Shown here piece by piece: positions 1 to 8,711 of a stretch of DNA of 64,000 nt. Numbering within the stretch: the stretch's first letter is position 1; each line of letters begins with the position of its first letter. The position numbers and the translations under genes are program-made. The notes under the pieces are model-generated. The model made no database searches, had not been told where the DNA came from, and saw only the letters and a program-made list of their open reading frames with translations. Source of the stretch: an uncultured Prevotella sp. (GTDB lineage Bacteria; Bacteroidota; Bacteroidia; Bacteroidales; Bacteroidaceae); the NCBI GenBank assembly GCA_905233165.1, contig CAJODL010000001.1:563927-627926 (forward strand). The letters are read 5' to 3'.

Positions 1-1
1 G

Positions 2-394
2 CACGGCTCAGGTCATGGGGTAGGGGCTTGTCTGTCAGTTCATGAGGGCCCTCAGTCGATGAGGCAGAGATGGTGCCCTGCTCCCCTGCAAGAGGGTATG
101 ACGCTCACTATAGAGCCAGGCGTCTATCTGGAAGGAAAGTTTGGCGTAAGGGTAGAGAATACGATGCTTGTAAAGAGAGACAATTCTGTTGCTGATGGCG
201 AAAAAAAATGGTTTGCCTTCGAACCGCTTACGCTGTGTCCTATTGATACTGCGCCTATTGAAATGGATATGTTGGAGCAATATGAGAAGGACTATCTTAA
301 TGATTATCATGATCTTGTGAGGGAAAAGCTGCTTCCCTTGCTAAGCAATCCCGATGATAAGGCTTGGTTGGTAGAAAATACTAAAAAAATATAA
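2..394 (+). CDS. Xaa-Pro aminopeptidase (M24 family), C-terminal fragment; 5' end lies outside the window
   Basis: Frame is open from base 2. HGSGHGVGACLSVHEGP and EPGVY..GVRVEN motifs are typical of M24 metallopeptidases. Confidence 0.85.
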   Translation, partial: HGSGHGVGACLSVHEGPQSMRQRWCPAPLQEGMTLTIEPGVYLEGKFGVRVENTMLVKRDNSVADGEKKWFAFEPLTLCPIDTAPIEMDMLEQYEKDYLNDYHDLVREKLLPLLSNPDDKAWLVENTKKI

Positions 395-423
395 AAATAA
401 CGTAGTCGCTTAAATTCGCAACA

Positions 424-1164
424 TTGAATATCAAAAAAAAACATTACCTTTGTGGCGAAGTCACTATGATGGGCATTCTCAATGTCACGCCTGACTCCTT
501 CTATGCTGCTTCTCGAAAGCAGACAGATGAAGAGATTCTTTCGCGTGCCGACGAGATTCTTTCACATGGAGGTGATGGGGCAATAATAGACGTTGGCGGA
601 TGTTCTACCCGTCCTGGCAGCGCTCCTATAAGTGAAGAGGAAGAGATGCGTCGAGTGTGTCATGCGTTGGATTTATTGCAGAGGGAGTTTCCCAATGCGT
701 TGCTAAGTGTTGACACCTTTCGCCCCGAAGTTGCCCAGAAAGTCGTTGAAGACTACGGCGTCAGCATCATCAATGACATCTCTGGCAATGTGGCATGTGC
801 TATGCCGAATGCCAGCTATGTACTTACTTCCAGCGAGGCAGGCATAGATGCTATCATAAGCGATTTCAAGAGGAAGACAGAGAAGATACACTCTTTGCAG
901 CCATCTACAGAGGTGATACTCGATCCAGGCTTCGGCTTTGGAAAAACAAGGCAGCAGGAGTATGAGATACTACTTAACTTGCACAAGATAAAAGAGACAT
1001 TTCCTAACAACAAGCTCCTTGTTGGTGTCAGCAGAAAGCGTATGATATACGAGATACTCGGTACTACACCAGACAGCGATGCAACACTTGCAGGCACAAG
1101 GTTGATTCACCATATTGCGATGCTTCAGGGAGCTGATATAATTAGAACTCACGACTTACAATAA
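424..1164 (+). CDS. folP: dihydropteroate synthase
   Basis: MGILNVTPDSFY, GGCSTRPG and DPGFGFGK motifs. The TTG start at 424 gives a normal-length N-terminus; ATG at 466 is the alternative. Confidence 0.85.
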   Translation: MNIKKKHYLCGEVTMMGILNVTPDSFYAASRKQTDEEILSRADEILSHGGDGAIIDVGGCSTRPGSAPISEEEEMRRVCHALDLLQREFPNALLSVDTFRPEVAQKVVEDYGVSIINDISGNVACAMPNASYVLTSSEAGIDAIISDFKRKTEKIHSLQPSTEVILDPGFGFGKTRQQEYEILLNLHKIKETFPNNKLLVGVSRKRMIYEILGTTPDSDATLAGTRLIHHIAMLQGADIIRTHDLQ

Positions 1165-1170
1165 CGATAG

Positions 1171-1935
1171 ATGTTTTTCACTTTCGGCATAAAGGATGCA
1201 ATTGACATATTGCTGGTAGCAACGGTTCTTTACTACGTCTATCGCTTCATGCGAGAGACGCGAACCCTTAATATGTTCGTCGGCACCCTCACATTCATTG
1301 TGATTTGGCTCTTTGTAAGCCGTGTGCTGGAGATGAAGATGATGGGCGCGTTGTTCGATAAATTCGTCGCAGTAGGTGCTTTGGCGGTTCTTATCATCTT
1401 CCAAAAGGAAATCCGAAAATTCCTTTTCCGTATGGGAGAAAGCCGTAACAGAAGTTCTATTATCGGATGGCTGGTAAGGAAGTCCAACGAAAATGAAGAA
1501 GTGAGTCATGCTAACACAATGCCTATCGTTATGGCATGCATCAATATGGCACGCAACAAGTGCGGAGCATTGATAGTGTTGGAGCGTAACAATCCCCTCA
1601 ACGACATTGTTGAGACAGGCGATAAGATAGATGCTGCTGTCAATCAGCGTCTTATTGAGAATATCTTCTTCAAAAATTCTCCCCTCCATGATGGCGCTAT
1701 GATAATCAGCAATAATCGCATCAAGGCAGCAGGATGTATCCTTCCTGTAAGCCATAATCAGGATATCCCTCGCGAATTAGGCCTGCGCCATCGTTCTGCT
1801 ATGGGTATCTCGCAGCAGTCGGACGCTATAGCGATAGTAGTGTCAGAAGAGACGGGCCGCATAAGTGCTGCGATAAATGGAAACTTCCGCTTGCGCCTGT
1901 CAGCAGAAGAATTGGAAAAGATAATAAATTCATAA
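1171..1935 (+). CDS. cdaA: diadenylate cyclase CdaA (DisA_N/DAC domain, N-terminal TM helices)
   Basis: Hydrophobic N-terminus followed by DGAMII...LGLRHRSAMGISQQSDAIAIVVSEETGRIS, a DAC signature. Confidence 0.85.
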   Translation: MFFTFGIKDAIDILLVATVLYYVYRFMRETRTLNMFVGTLTFIVIWLFVSRVLEMKMMGALFDKFVAVGALAVLIIFQKEIRKFLFRMGESRNRSSIIGWLVRKSNENEEVSHANTMPIVMACINMARNKCGALIVLERNNPLNDIVETGDKIDAAVNQRLIENIFFKNSPLHDGAMIISNNRIKAAGCILPVSHNQDIPRELGLRHRSAMGISQQSDAIAIVVSEETGRISAAINGNFRLRLSAEELEKIINS

Positions 1936-1956
1936 ACAATCAATACAATAATCATT

Positions 1957-2967
1957 ATGAGTCTAATCGAAAAAATCATTGCTCGCGCTAAGGCAAACAA
2001 ACAGCGCATTGTACTTCCTGAGGCAGAAGAAGAACGCACACTATGTGCCGCTGACCAGGTGTTGGCACAGGATATTGCCGACCTTATCCTGATTGGTAAT
2101 CCTGCGAAGGTGCATGCTCTCGCAGAGAAGCATGGCTTAAAGAATATTGACAAGGCAACTCTGATAGACCCAGAGAACTATGAGCGTTCAGAGGAATTGG
2201 CACAGCTGCTCTTTCAGTTGCGTCAGAAGAAGGGCTTAACATTAGAGCAGGCACACGAACTAGTAAAGAATCCTCTCTATCTTGGATGTATGATTATCAA
2301 GACAGAGGGTGCTGACGGCCAGATTTCTGGTGCTCTCTCTACTACTGGTGACACCCTTCGTCCTGCATTGCAGATTATCAAGACAGCTCCTGGCATCACA
2401 TGTGTTTCTGGTGCAATGCTTATGATTACAGATAAGCCAGAGTATGGTGAGGATGGCGTACTTGTCTTTGCTGATGTTGCTGTAACTCCAATGCCAGATG
2501 CACAGCAGTTGGGACAGATTGCAGTTTGTGCTGCTCAGACAGCTAAGAGTGTTGCCGGATTTGCAGAGCCTCGTGTCGCTATGTGTTCTTTCTCTACAAA
2601 GGGAAGTGCCAGCCATGAGGTTGTTGATAAGGTTATAGAGGCTACTGCCGTAGCAAAACAACTCGACCCAACACTCAAGATTGATGGTGAGCTGCAGGCT
2701 GATGCAGCGCTCGTACCAAGTGTCGGCTCTAAGAAGGCTCCTGGTTCAGAGATTGCTGGTAAGGCAAATGTCCTCGTATTCCCTAACCTCGAGGTTGGTA
2801 ATATTGGCTACAAACTGGTTCAGCGTCTTGCTGGTGCTCAGGCCCTCGGCCCAATCCTTCAGGGTATCGCTCGTCCAGTTAACGACCTTTCTCGTGGCTG
2901 CTCAGTAGAGGATATCGTAAACCTCGTCGCTATCACAGCATGCCAGGCAATGGACGCGAAGAAGTAA
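1957..2967 (+). CDS. pta: phosphate acetyltransferase
   Basis: 336 aa with a PTA_PTB-type sequence (IVLPE..EERTL, GPILQG..PVNDLSRG). Sits directly upstream of ackA. Confidence 0.9.
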   Translation: MSLIEKIIARAKANKQRIVLPEAEEERTLCAADQVLAQDIADLILIGNPAKVHALAEKHGLKNIDKATLIDPENYERSEELAQLLFQLRQKKGLTLEQAHELVKNPLYLGCMIIKTEGADGQISGALSTTGDTLRPALQIIKTAPGITCVSGAMLMITDKPEYGEDGVLVFADVAVTPMPDAQQLGQIAVCAAQTAKSVAGFAEPRVAMCSFSTKGSASHEVVDKVIEATAVAKQLDPTLKIDGELQADAALVPSVGSKKAPGSEIAGKANVLVFPNLEVGNIGYKLVQRLAGAQALGPILQGIARPVNDLSRGCSVEDIVNLVAITACQAMDAKK

Positions 2968-3041
2968 AGAGTGAAAGCCCCCCCCTCTAGTTAGAGGGGA
3001 CTTTGAAGGGGACGAAAATATATAATAATTAAACCTGAAAA

Positions 3042-4235
3042 ATGAAAATACTTGTATTAAATTGCGGTTCATCCTCTATTAAGTACGCTTTGTACAACAT
3101 GGATGACAAGAGTGTTATGACCAGTGGTGGTGCTGAGAGAGTTGGCCTTGATGGCGCTTTCGTAAAGGTGAAGCTCCCTAATGGTGAAAAGAAACAGATT
3201 ATGCACGATATTCCTGAGCATACTGAAGGCGTGAAGTTTATCTTCTCTCTCCTTACAGATCCAGAGATTGGCGTTATAAAGTCACTCGACGAGATTAATG
3301 CTGTAGGTCATCGTATGGTGCATGGTGGTGAGAAGTTTACAGAGTCAGTTGTCATCACTCCAGAGGTGATAAAGGCTTTCGAGGCTGTTTCTGACCTTGC
3401 TCCTCTTCACAACCCTGCAAATATGAAGGGTGTAAATGCTGTGTCAGAACTGATGCCAGGCCTTCCACAGGTTGGTGTCTTTGATACTGCTTTCCATCAG
3501 ACAATGCCAGCAAAGGCATATATGTATGCTGTTCCTTACGAGTTGTATGAGAAGTATGGTGTTCGCCGTTATGGCTTCCACGGAACCTCTCATCGCTACG
3601 TTTCAAAGCGTGCCTGTGAGTTCTTGGGTATTCCTCAGCAGGGTTGCAAGATGATTACTGCCCACATTGGTAATGGCGGCTCTCTTGCTGCTGTTGTTGA
3701 TGGCAAGTGTGTTGATACCACTATGGGTCTTACTCCTCTTGAGGGCGTCATGATGGGTACTCGTTCTGGCGATATCGATGGTGGCGCTGTTACCTTCATC
3801 CAGAAGAAGCTCAACCTCGATGCTGACGGCATCAGTAACCTGTTGAATAAAAAGTCAGGCGTTCAGGGCCTTTGTGGCTATTCTGATATGCGTGATGTAG
3901 AGGCTGCTGCAAAGAATGGCGACAAGAAGGCCGAGGTGGCTCAGGCATCTTATTTCTATCGTATCAAGAAGTATATTGGTGCCTATGCTGCTGCTATGGG
4001 TGGCTGCGATGTGCTGGTATTTACTGCTGGTGTTGGTGAGAATCAGACAGGTATGCGTGAGGCAGCCTGCGAGGGTCTCGAGTTTATGGGCATCAAGATT
4101 GACAAAGCTGTCAATGCTTCTGTTCGTGGTAAGGAGGCTGTCATCTCTACTCCTGACTCAAAGGTGAAGGTGGTTGTGATACCTACTGACGAGGAGCTGA
4201 TGATAGCTACAGACACTATGGCTCTTGTGAAGTAA
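3042..4235 (+). CDS. ackA: acetate kinase
   Basis: MKILVLNCGSSSIKY N-terminus, FDTAFHQTMP, RRYGFHGTSH and VFTAGVGEN motifs. Confidence 0.95.
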   Translation: MKILVLNCGSSSIKYALYNMDDKSVMTSGGAERVGLDGAFVKVKLPNGEKKQIMHDIPEHTEGVKFIFSLLTDPEIGVIKSLDEINAVGHRMVHGGEKFTESVVITPEVIKAFEAVSDLAPLHNPANMKGVNAVSELMPGLPQVGVFDTAFHQTMPAKAYMYAVPYELYEKYGVRRYGFHGTSHRYVSKRACEFLGIPQQGCKMITAHIGNGGSLAAVVDGKCVDTTMGLTPLEGVMMGTRSGDIDGGAVTFIQKKLNLDADGISNLLNKKSGVQGLCGYSDMRDVEAAAKNGDKKAEVAQASYFYRIKKYIGAYAAAMGGCDVLVFTAGVGENQTGMREAACEGLEFMGIKIDKAVNASVRGKEAVISTPDSKVKVVVIPTDEELMIATDTMALVK

Positions 4236-4259
4236 AGGTTATACGTATATAAATAATGA

Positions 4260-4290
4260 GAGGAGGCTGCGAGTGCCTCCTCTTTTTTCT
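4260..4290 (+). terminator. rho-independent terminator after ackA
   Basis: Stem gaggaggc (4260-4267) pairs with gcctcctc (4275-4282), followed by a T6 run. Confidence 0.6.
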
Positions 4291-4337
4291 TGTGTTGCAG
4301 TTGCAACGCTAAAAGAGAGTTATTAGTATTTTATCTG

Positions 4338-5249
4338 TTAGTTGATTCTGTTCTGTCTGCGATATTGAGTTGCGGTAATTCCCATTATCTTTTTAAATGT
4401 ACGCGAGAAATATTGTCCTTCTCCGAATCCCATTCGCATAGCAATCTCTATAATACTCTCGTTGGTATTCTTCAGCAACATACAGGCACGCTCTATCTTC
4501 ATCTTGAGGAAGTATCCCTTTGGTGGCATTCCCATCTCTCTTGTGAAGGTATGAGTGAAGTGACTCCGGCTATATCCGCATTTTGTTGCTAAGTCATTTA
4601 TAGATAGAGTTGACTCAACATATTCTGACATATATGAGATAGCTACATTCACGAAATTGTCAGCAGGCTTGCGTCTGTTTGTTGTTGCCAATAGATACAA
4701 ATCCGTAAACGTCAGGGTTGCCAGCAGGTGATGGAAACAAAGACTTGCGTAAGTCATGCGGTCAATGTTGCGTCCGTCGCCCAGCATGAAGTATATCTCC
4801 TCAAACAATTCTATGCGATAATAGGCGTGCGAGTCAACAAAAGAAACAGCCTTTTGCGGCTTGTTGAGGTCTTTGCACATCAGTTGTGCCTTTGTGCCAT
4901 CGAAGTATATCCAATATATCGTCCAAGGGTTTTTGGCGTCAGCTCCATAGGAGTACTCCTCACCACTTGGTATAATGACATATTGGTTTGCCTCAATCTG
5001 CTGTTTGTGTTTGTTGCCAATCTTAATCCATCCTTTGCCCTCTTTGCAAAAGATGAGAACACAACTGCTGATACTCTCTCTGCTGTTGTTCTGATGATAC
5101 TGCGCCTGAGGAAAATATCCTATAGCTGTGATGTAAAGGTCTGAGATTCGTGGGTCAGCAGATGCAGCCTCCAATATCTTGGGTGGTACGATTGTAAACC
5201 GTTCGCCTACGAATCCTGATTTCTTCTTTAGGTTAGAACTTGTAGCCAT
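4338..5249 (-). CDS. AraC family transcriptional regulator (cupin-like N-terminus, C-terminal HTH)
   Basis: C-terminal AraC HTH signature (SINDLATKCGYSRSHFTHTF...GMPPKGY...IIEIAMRMGFGEGQYFSRTFKK). Confidence 0.85.
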   Translation of the reverse strand: MATSSNLKKKSGFVGERFTIVPPKILEAASADPRISDLYITAIGYFPQAQYHQNNSRESISSCVLIFCKEGKGWIKIGNKHKQQIEANQYVIIPSGEEYSYGADAKNPWTIYWIYFDGTKAQLMCKDLNKPQKAVSFVDSHAYYRIELFEEIYFMLGDGRNIDRMTYASLCFHHLLATLTFTDLYLLATTNRRKPADNFVNVAISYMSEYVESTLSINDLATKCGYSRSHFTHTFTREMGMPPKGYFLKMKIERACMLLKNTNESIIEIAMRMGFGEGQYFSRTFKKIMGITATQYRRQNRIN

Positions 5250-5298
5250 TATAGTAGGGTATTTCTTATTGCCATTATTATAGTTTATTCTTTCGATG

Positions 5299-5306
5299 CA
5301 AATTTA
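5299..5306 (-). promoter_or_regulatory. Bacteroidota -7 box (TAaaTTTG on the minus strand) for the AraC gene
   Basis: caaattta on the plus strand, about 50 nt upstream of the start at 5249. Matches the TAnnTTTG consensus. Confidence 0.4.
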
Positions 5307-5795
5307 AGCAAAATTTCTCAAATTCAATAATTTTGTGCAATAAATTTTGCGAAAAAACACGCAAGTCCACAAATTAAGACAATAAATGATATCTCTGTCA
5401 TCCGCAAATGATCAAAATGTGTGTTTGTTTGGTCAAATTGTTTAAAATCCATTGAGAATTTTTATTTTAGGACTATGTAGATTTTCTTTTTCCTCTCGAT
5501 GGATTTTTTCTTCCCCTTAAGGGTATTTTATATCCAATGCCCCAAAACACCTGTCCAAGGGCTGTGGACAGTAGTTTAAGGGCCTTGAACATATGTTTCA
5601 AGCCCTTGAACATAAAATCTCCTTAAGGGAAAATTATTTTCTTCCTCGATGTAAACTGAAGTTTATCGAAAACAAAATAAAAAAAATCTTTTTTTATTTG
5701 TATTTCTCACGACTTAATCGTACCTTTTACCTTCGGTTGAAGGTACTCTCGTTCGGAAAATTGCAAAAATATTTGCATTTTCGCTCACTTAATTG

Positions 5796-5803
5796 TACCT
5801 TTG
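5796..5803 (+). promoter_or_regulatory. Bacteroidota -7 box (TAccTTTG) for the VanZ-like/GT4 operon
   Basis: tacctttg lies 10 nt before ATG 5813, which implies a very short or absent leader. Confidence 0.45.
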
Positions 5804-5812
5804 CACACAGAT

Positions 5813-6184
5813 ATGACGCAATACTTAAAAAGATATCCCTTTTCATGCGCCTTGCTGGTGGCGATATGGGTGGTGTGTCTGATACCTATCCCAGACATTG
5901 AGCCGCTACATGGATTTAACCTCTTGGACAAGTGGACACACTTTGTGATGTATGGGGTTTTCTCGTTTGTGATTTGCTATGAACATAAGCGCATCTCCTG
6001 GCACACCATAGTGCTGCCAATATTGATGGGAGGAATGATAGAACTGGCGCAGGCTTATCTGACAACATGCAGAAGTGGCGAATGGCTCGACTTGCTCGCA
6101 AACTCCATAGGGGTAGTAATCGGAAATACTTTGTATTTCCTTGTCAAAGGTTTAAAGTCCAAAGTCAAAAGTCAAAGGATATGA
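5813..6184 (+). CDS. small polytopic membrane protein, VanZ-like
   Basis: About 4 hydrophobic helices. ATG at 5813 (the track ORF starts at TTG 5801). The stop overlaps the GT4 start (ATGA). Confidence 0.5.
   Translation: MTQYLKRYPFSCALLVAIWVVCLIPIPDIEPLHGFNLLDKWTHFVMYGVFSFVICYEHKRISWHTIVLPILMGGMIELAQAYLTTCRSGEWLDLLANSIGVVIGNTLYFLVKGLKSKVKSQRI
6143..6178. repeat. heptad tract (gtcaaag gtttaaa gtccaaa gtcaaaa gtcaaag) inside the VanZ-like 3' end
   Basis: Five in-register 7-mers. They encode VKGLKSKVKSQ. Confidence 0.85.
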
Positions 6185-7287
6185 AGGTACTTCTACTATC
6201 GACATACGAGAAAACAGGTGGTGCTGCTATTGCTGCCAGCAGGTTGTTGCAGGCGCTCAGGAAGAGAGGTGTGGATGCTACGATGATGTGTCGCAAGAAC
6301 CTGTCGTGGTGGAAGGGAAAGCCCCAATCGTGGAGCTCTATAGCAGAGAGAATGATGCTTGTGGCAGGAAATATCTCGACCTTCGGAAACCTGTGGACAA
6401 TGGATTATGCACAATACGGGCAGGACATTACGAAGACAAAGGAGTTTCAGGAGGCTGATGTGATACATCTGCATTGGGTGAATCAGGGATTCCTGGCATT
6501 CAAGGAGTTGGAGAAGATAGTATATAGCGGCAAGCGCATAGTATGGACAATGCACGATGAGTGGTGCTTTACTGGTGGCTGCCATTACGCAGGCGATTGC
6601 AGACAGTACCAGTTGGGATGTGAAAGCTGCCCTTATGTGAGGGCTTCAGCTCTCAGAAATGCTACCCACAAGGCTTGGGAGAAGAAGCAGCGGCTTTACA
6701 ACAAGCATAACATCACCTTTGTGGCATGCAGCCTTTGGCTAAAACACATTTCTGACAAGAAGGCTCTTGCTGACGGACAGAAGATATTGGCGATACCAAA
6801 CCCAATTGATACCAACATCTACAAACCTCTCGATACACCTTCGACGAACAAGATACTCTTCGTTGCACAAAGGGTGGACGATGAGCGCAAAGGCTTGAAA
6901 TTTCTCGACAAAGCAGTGCAGATTCTCAAGAAGAGAGGAGAAAAAGTGGAAGTTCTGGCCTTAGGAAGGGACATTCCTTATATCTCTGACGAAAAGGAAA
7001 TGGCAGAACTGTATGCAAAGTCAGCATGCTTTGTGACCCCTTCGCTACAGGACAATCTGCCAAATACCATCATGGAGGCGATGGCTTGTGGCACTCCTTG
7101 CGTGGGATTCAATGTCGGAGGAATACCAGAGATGATAGATCATGAGATTAACGGCTATGTGGCCAGATATAAAGATGCGACGGACTTGGCTGATGGCATC
7201 AGCTATGTGTTGAGAAGCAGCCAGAGAAAAAGTATTAGCTACCTACAGCGAAGACTTCGTAGCAAAGAGATATATAAAAGTTTATAG
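6181..7287 (+). CDS. glycosyltransferase family 4 (GT-B fold)
   Basis: MKVLLLSTYEKTGGAAIAA N-terminus and a C-terminal EX7E-type block (NTIMEAMACGTPCVGFNVGGIPEMI). ATG 6181 chosen over the 6067 track start. Confidence 0.8.
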   Translation: MKVLLLSTYEKTGGAAIAASRLLQALRKRGVDATMMCRKNLSWWKGKPQSWSSIAERMMLVAGNISTFGNLWTMDYAQYGQDITKTKEFQEADVIHLHWVNQGFLAFKELEKIVYSGKRIVWTMHDEWCFTGGCHYAGDCRQYQLGCESCPYVRASALRNATHKAWEKKQRLYNKHNITFVACSLWLKHISDKKALADGQKILAIPNPIDTNIYKPLDTPSTNKILFVAQRVDDERKGLKFLDKAVQILKKRGEKVEVLALGRDIPYISDEKEMAELYAKSACFVTPSLQDNLPNTIMEAMACGTPCVGFNVGGIPEMIDHEINGYVARYKDATDLADGISYVLRSSQRKSISYLQRRLRSKEIYKSL

Positions 7288-7310
7288 TTTATAGTTTAAA
7301 GTTTATAGTT
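7279..7310. repeat. heptad tract (agtttat/agtttaa) spanning the GT4 stop codon
   Basis: 4.5 in-register 7-mers. The same words recur at 57921-57948. Confidence 0.85.
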
Positions 7311-7358
7311 CTGTTTTCGTCATTTAAGATAAGGAAAGAAGAGCGCAAGAGTACCTTA

Positions 7359-8711
7359 GTGGCATTCTTGGTTGCCTTGATGCTTAATATTCTCAACATA
7401 GTGCGCTATGCTGGGGAATTGAGCGTGAAGAGTGACGATACCTGGAAACTCTTCGTCAGAACTTGGCACCTGTCAGGCTTTGACCCTATAACATATGCTG
7501 TCATTACGGATTGGAGAGTAGGGTATAACATCTATCGCCATCCTCTGCTGCCATATTTCATGTGGCCTTTCACAAAGATAAACGAGGGGCTGATGTGGCT
7601 GACAGGATATAATTGCGTAATGTTTGTGACAGCAGCATTGCTGATATTCTGTAGTGTTTATTCTTTTGTCTTTCTGAATCGTATTTTTACCGATATCATC
7701 GGCATAAAACGCAAGGAAGGTTACATTCTTTCAGCACTAACATTCTCTTTCGCGTATATCCTGCTTGCTTCCTTCGCACCAGACCATTTCATAATGTCGA
7801 TGTGCTGTCTGCTGGCAACCTTGTATATCTTCGGAAGAGAAAAGGCTATTGTACCAGAGAAACAGAAAAAAGCAACAGTTCTGGATGCCTGCCTGCTGTT
7901 CGTAGTCACTGCTGGAGTGACATTGAGTAATGGTCTGAAGGTGATTGCTGTAGCATTTCTGGCGAAAGGAAAAAAGTTCTTCCCTTATTACTTCATAACA
8001 CTTCTTGCTTTGTCAGGAATGATATGGGGAAGCGCCCGACTGACTTACCATTATCTCGTAAGGCCCACGGAAGTTGCTAACAAGGAAAAGGCTGCCAAGA
8101 AACGAGAGGCGCAACTGGAACGGCTTGTGGCGAAATATGGAGAGGCAAAGCGAGACAGCATTGAGAAAAAACTGAAGGAAAAGAGGACTCGCAGATATAA
8201 GATGAGTGCTTTCTATAAGCATACAGGCAAGCCAATAGCAAAGGGCGAATTCATGGGATGGACAGATGGTACGACAAATCGTTGGGATGTGGCTGTAGAA
8301 TGTCTTTTCGGAGAAGGCATAATGCTGCATGAGGACTATCTGCTGAAAGATGTGTTGGTAAACAGACCTGTCATAGTTCGCTATATCAACTGGTTCAACT
8401 ATATAGTAGAAGGATTGCTGATACTATTGTTTCTCGCAGGAATATGGATGGGACGACATAGCAGATTCCTATGGATATGCCTTGCATGCTTTGCTATCGA
8501 TATGGCTTTGCACATGGGACTTGGCTTTGGCATCAACGAAATAGCAATAATGTCTGCCCACTATCTGTGGGTTCTGCCAATAGCGATGGGCTATCTGCTA
8601 AAATACTCGGAAGAAAACAGAAGAACGATATTTTCATCGATTTTATCGGTTATTACAATATATCTCGTAATATGGAACGTAGTACTCACCATAGAATTTA
8701 TGTATTTCTGA
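7359..8711 (+). CDS. polytopic membrane protein, paralogue A (possible GT-C-like or polymerase-like; function unknown)
   Basis: Many TM segments. Shares the blocks FAY(I/V)LLASF.PDH, AGVTL(S/T)NG.KV, FGEG..LH.D and RPVIV.Y..W.NY with the next gene. GTG start is uncertain. Confidence 0.6.
   Translation: MAFLVALMLNILNIVRYAGELSVKSDDTWKLFVRTWHLSGFDPITYAVITDWRVGYNIYRHPLLPYFMWPFTKINEGLMWLTGYNCVMFVTAALLIFCSVYSFVFLNRIFTDIIGIKRKEGYILSALTFSFAYILLASFAPDHFIMSMCCLLATLYIFGREKAIVPEKQKKATVLDACLLFVVTAGVTLSNGLKVIAVAFLAKGKKFFPYYFITLLALSGMIWGSARLTYHYLVRPTEVANKEKAAKKREAQLERLVAKYGEAKRDSIEKKLKEKRTRRYKMSAFYKHTGKPIAKGEFMGWTDGTTNRWDVAVECLFGEGIMLHEDYLLKDVLVNRPVIVRYINWFNYIVEGLLILLFLAGIWMGRHSRFLWICLACFAIDMALHMGLGFGINEIAIMSAHYLWVLPIAMGYLLKYSEENRRTIFSSILSVITIYLVIWNVVLTIEFMYF

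Noticed and set aside
2982-2999. Hairpin cccctcta-gt-tagagggg after pta, considered as a terminator between pta and ackA.
   Set aside because: No U-run follows it, and pta-ackA are probably co-transcribed. It is left unannotated. The C8 homopolymer beside it is intergenic.
5593-5901. 102-aa plus-strand ORF in the AraC/VanZ-like intergenic region.
   Set aside because: It spans the promoter region and runs into the VanZ-like gene in another frame. The sequence is A/T-rich and low-complexity, and no motif was recognised.
8471-8671. The upstream start (8471) given by the ORF track for membrane paralogue B, and likewise 6067 for the GT4 gene and 55180 for GH127.
   Set aside because: These extensions overlap the preceding gene extensively and add non-homologous residues. 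The internal ATGs (8672, 6181, 55204) give N-termini that align with the paralogue or form a normal GT4 start or signal peptide.
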